Positions 61,007 to 64,000 of a stretch of DNA of 64,000 bases are shown in pieces. Below the pieces are notes generated by a model. That model was not told the origin of the DNA. It made no database searches and saw nothing but the letters and a program-made list of their open reading frames with translations. Origin of the DNA: Abditibacteriaceae bacterium (GTDB lineage: Bacteria; Armatimonadota; Abditibacteriia; Abditibacteriales; Abditibacteriaceae). Where the stretch lies: contig OZ255721.1 in NCBI GenBank assembly GCA_965277285.1, positions 3,488,001-3,552,000 on the forward strand. The letters run 5' to 3'. A program made the position numbers and the translations under genes. Numbering within the stretch: position 1 is the first letter of the stretch; each line of letters starts with the position of its first letter.

Positions 61007-61879
61007 TCAGTCTTCGCGTTCGATGACGCTTTGAAGATATTGTCCGTATTCGGTTTTCTGAAGTTCATGTGCCATGCGCAATACGTCTTCGGCGGAAATG
61101 TAGCCTTGTTGGTAAGCGATTTCTTCCAGGCACGCGACTTTCAAGCCTTGCCGCTTTTCAATGGTTTCGATGAAATTGCCGGCTTGCAACAGCGATTCGT
61201 GCGTTCCCGTATCGAGCCACGCGGTGCCGCGTCCCAATTTTTCGACGCGCAACTTGTTCATCGCCAGATACGCGTTGTTGACGCTGGTAATTTCCAGTTC
61301 GCCGCGCGCCGACGGCTTGACTTCGGCGGCGATGTCGCAGATTTGTTTGTCGTAGAAATACAAGCCGACGACCGCATAATTGGATTTCGGATGCGCCGGT
61401 TTTTCTTCGATTCCGAGTACTCGACCGTTCTCGTCATAATGCACGACGCCGTAGCGTTCGGGATCTTTCACGTAATAGCCGAAAATTGTGCCGCCGTCTT
61501 CGAGTTGCGCGGCATTGCGCAAATCTTCGGTCAGGCCGTGACCATAAAAAATGTTGTCGCCTAAAACCAGGCTGGCCGCGTCGCCGTTCAAAAACTCGCG
61601 CCCAATGAGAAAGGCTTGCGCCAAACCTTCGGGTCGCGGCTGTTCGGCGTATTGAATGTTGATACCAAAAGTGCTGCCATCGCCCAGCAATCGGCGATAT
61701 TGCGGCAAATCTTCCGGTGTGGAAATCAGGAGAACGTCGCGCAATCCCGCCAGCATCAGCGTGGACAACGGATAATAAACCATCGGCTTGTCGTAAATCG
61801 GTAACAATTGCTTGGAAATCGCGCGCGTCACGGGATGCAGCCGCGTTCCGCTACCGCCCGCCAGAAGAATGCCTTTCAT
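61007..61879 (-). CDS. rmlA: Glucose-1-phosphate thymidylyltransferase
   Basis: [53 protein letters not shown]. Confidence 0.97.
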   Translation of the reverse strand: MKGILLAGGSGTRLHPVTRAISKQLLPIYDKPMVYYPLSTLMLAGLRDVLLISTPEDLPQYRRLLGDGSTFGINIQYAEQPRPEGLAQAFLIGREFLNGDAASLVLGDNIFYGHGLTEDLRNAAQLEDGGTIFGYYVKDPERYGVVHYDENGRVLGIEEKPAHPKSNYAVVGLYFYDKQICDIAAEVKPSARGELEITSVNNAYLAMNKLRVEKLGRGTAWLDTGTHESLLQAGNFIETIEKRQGLKVACLEEIAYQQGYISAEDVLRMAHELQKTEYGQYLQSVIERED

Positions 61880-61900
61880 GTCCACTCCCAGTCCATCGTT

Positions 61901-61948
61901 GTGATGCAACACGTTCGTGATGCAACACGTTCGTGCCGCAAAACGATG
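61901..61948. repeat. Tandem repeat, 2 x 16 bp plus a degenerate third unit
   Basis: GTGATGCAACACGTTC twice, then GTGCCGCAAAACGATG; upstream of rmlA. Confidence 0.75.
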
Positions 61949-62171
61949 GTGCGTTCGCAGTTTGCGCGTTGCGCGGCGCGGCGTCAACTCCGGGAAGGTT
62001 TGGACGCTCATCGAGTACTCGAATCGAGTACTCGAAATCAAACCACAAAACGCGCAAAAGATATGACCAATTGATAACTTTATCTGTGAGAATGTTTAGA
62101 AAGCAGTAAAGCGGCATCAAAACTGCATTCTTTCGGGGCACTCAAAAATCCCTTCTTGGAGAGAAACGAAC

Positions 62172-62690
62172 ATGGCTTACGATCCCGAAGCGCGTCAAAC
62201 TGGCAACTCCGCGATGATCATTGGAATTGTCGCACTGGTACTGATTGCGGGCGCTGTGCTGGCTTATTACGCCACGCGCCACAATGACAACGATACACCG
62301 ACATCGACCAGTACAACGATCATCAATGGCGCGACACCAGTGCCCGTGACTAATACGGTCATTGTCACCACGCCGTCCAGCGTCCCGACGCCCAACACAA
62401 TTCTTGTTCCGGTTCCTGGCAAAACTGTGACGAAAGTTGAGCGCAACACAACGATCATCAACCGCGAGCACACAGTTCCCGCGCCGAAAACGTCGCCCTC
62501 GGGTTCAAGTTCGTCGCCCAACGTGACCACCAACGTCAACATCACGCCGCCGAGCGGCAGCGCCAACAGCGGTTCTTCAACCACAGGCGCAGCCAACGAC
62601 GCAACGTCTGCTCCGGCCCCCGATATGGGCAACAGCGCGACCAACGATGCTACCAACAACGCGGCTACCAATTCAGCAACCGGTTATTAA
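62172..62690 (+). CDS. Membrane-anchored T/P/S/N-rich hypothetical protein
   Basis: GGAG RBS, single N-terminal TM segment, low-complexity tail. Confidence 0.75.
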   Translation: MAYDPEARQTGNSAMIIGIVALVLIAGAVLAYYATRHNDNDTPTSTSTTIINGATPVPVTNTVIVTTPSSVPTPNTILVPVPGKTVTKVERNTTIINREHTVPAPKTSPSGSSSSPNVTTNVNITPPSGSANSGSSTTGAANDATSAPAPDMGNSATNDATNNAATNSATGY

Positions 62691-62698
62691 TCCGTTAC

Positions 62699-62749
62699 TG
62701 AAAAGCAATAAGCTCCTGAGAACGTTTCTCAGGAGCTTATTGCTTTTCA
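62699..62749. terminator. Bidirectional terminator
   Basis: TGAAAAGCAATAAGCTCCTGAGAA-cgt-TTCTCAGGAGCTTATTGCTTTTCA between convergent genes. Confidence 0.85.
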
Positions 62750-62766
62750 ACGTCGAGTACTCGATG

Positions 62767-64000
62767 TCATGCCGATTCCCAGCCCAAGGCATTGCGGACG
62801 CGGTTAATGAACTTCTTGAAGGGCGAGTGCACTTCTTCCGTTGCGGGGTCAAAACGAGGATGAGCCACAGCGTCGATGGTAGCTTTCTCTTCAAAAATTC
62901 CGCTGGAGTCGTTTGTAATATCGCGCGATGTTAAAGTTGGTTGCGCCTCGTCTGGCGAATCAGGGGCAGGTAAATTGTCAGAGACGTGTTTTTCCGTGAG
63001 AGGTGACGGCGTTGATTGAGTACTCGAAGTTGGCGGCGCCAGCAATGCATCTGCTGAAATTTGCGTAGCGACATGAGACGCGGAGGCACTTCCCGTCAAT
63101 GGGTTTGGCGCGGGTGCATCCGCAGACGACGCAACGGGAAGCGTAACTTGAGGCGCGCTGGTCGCCACAGATGCGGGAACCGAAGGTGTAAACGTTGCGC
63201 CCGAAGGTGCGCTCCAAACGCGGCGTCGCGGATCGGCCATTGCGGGCGCCATTTCGGGATTGGCACGAGTTGCCAACGGGTTTCCTAGCGTTCCAGGTTG
63301 TCGCAACGCAAAACGCAACAAGCCAACGCCGGTCGCAAACTGCGGCGAATCGACTTTATCGCTCCAACCCGCAAGCGCAATTGGTCGTCCCAGGCGAACC
63401 GGCAAATCAAAAATCTGGCTGGCTAATTCGGTTGCACCAGGCAGTAACGCGCCGCCACCCGTCAAAATGACGCCGCCCGCCAAACGATTTTGTATGCCCG
63501 CCGATTCAATCGCTTCGCGCGCCATTTCGAACAGTTCGCTCATGCGCGCTTCGATAATTTCGCCCAAAATGGCGCGCGGCAAACGCAACCTTTCGCCACT
63601 GCCCGCGGAGATCACTTCAAGCGCTTCGCCGTGCGGAATCAGATCGGGCGACGCCACACCGCGCTCCAACTTCAGCTTTTCGGCGATTTCAAAGGGCGTT
63701 CGGAGGCCAATTGAAATATCGCGCGTGACGTGCGTGCCGCCGACCGGAACCGCGTGCGAAAACGCGATGCTGCCATCTAAAAAAACTGCGATGTCGGATG
63801 TTCCGCCGCCTATGTCAATCAAGGCAACGCCCAATTCGCGCTCGTCCGGCGTCGCTACGGCTTCGCTGGTCGCAATCGGTTCAAGTACTAAAGCATCGAC
63901 AATAAGCCCGGCGCGCTCGACGCATTGCACGACGTTTTGCAGAAACCCCGCCGTTCCTGTCACGATATGCGTTTCGACTTCAAGCCTTTGACCGCACATT
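62767..64000 (-). CDS. ftsA: Cell division protein FtsA (5'-truncated by the window edge) with long C-terminal linker
   Basis: RLEVETHIVT, LIDIGGGTSD, GGTHVTRDI, AEKLK, IIEARMSE, LTGGGA, FATGVGL; terminal amphipathic helix PFKKFINRVRNALGW. Confidence 0.95.
   Translation of the reverse strand, partial: MCGQRLEVETHIVTGTAGFLQNVVQCVERAGLIVDALVLEPIATSEAVATPDERELGVALIDIGGGTSDIAVFLDGSIAFSHAVPVGGTHVTRDISIGLRTPFEIAEKLKLERGVASPDLIPHGEALEVISAGSGERLRLPRAILGEIIEARMSELFEMAREAIESAGIQNRLAGGVILTGGGALLPGATELASQIFDLPVRLGRPIALAGWSDKVDSPQFATGVGLLRFALRQPGTLGNPLATRANPEMAPAMADPRRRVWSAPSGATFTPSVPASVATSAPQVTLPVASSADAPAPNPLTGSASASHVATQISADALLAPPTSSTQSTPSPLTEKHVSDNLPAPDSPDEAQPTLTSRDITNDSSGIFEEKATIDAVAHPRFDPATEEVHSPFKKFINRVRNALGWESA

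Overview
Chromosomal window from a diderm bacterium (lpxD, Skp/OmpH), roughly mid-50s % GC by eye. An Armatimonadota/Abditibacteriota-like lineage is only a guess. Housekeeping genes: giant partial secA, secDF, dut, arfB, class II nrdJ with NrdR boxes, nadB, lpxD, moeB, rmlAC and partial ftsA. Also present: tRNA-Ser(TGA), tRNA-Val(CAC), secreted CAZymes, a divergent SRAP-SWIM / Sak4-like pair, an AT-rich DUF262-HEPN module whose HEPN gene is split by a -1 frameshift, a MoxR-AAA/VWA/acyl-CoA-ligase-like operon, a CHAT protease islet and several REP-like inverted-repeat families. The dominant unexplained signal is a highly iterated 12-bp palindrome, TCGAGTACTCGA. I counted by eye about 48 perfect and about 21 single-mismatch copies, where about 0.004 would be expected by chance. 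It lies inside genes in all three frames (SSTR, xEYS, RVL), next to start and stop codons, as 13-bp-period twins forming terminators, and in the loops of other repeats. It is absent from the apparently foreign islets. It behaves like cyanobacterial HIP1 or DNA uptake sequences, but I do not recognise the motif.
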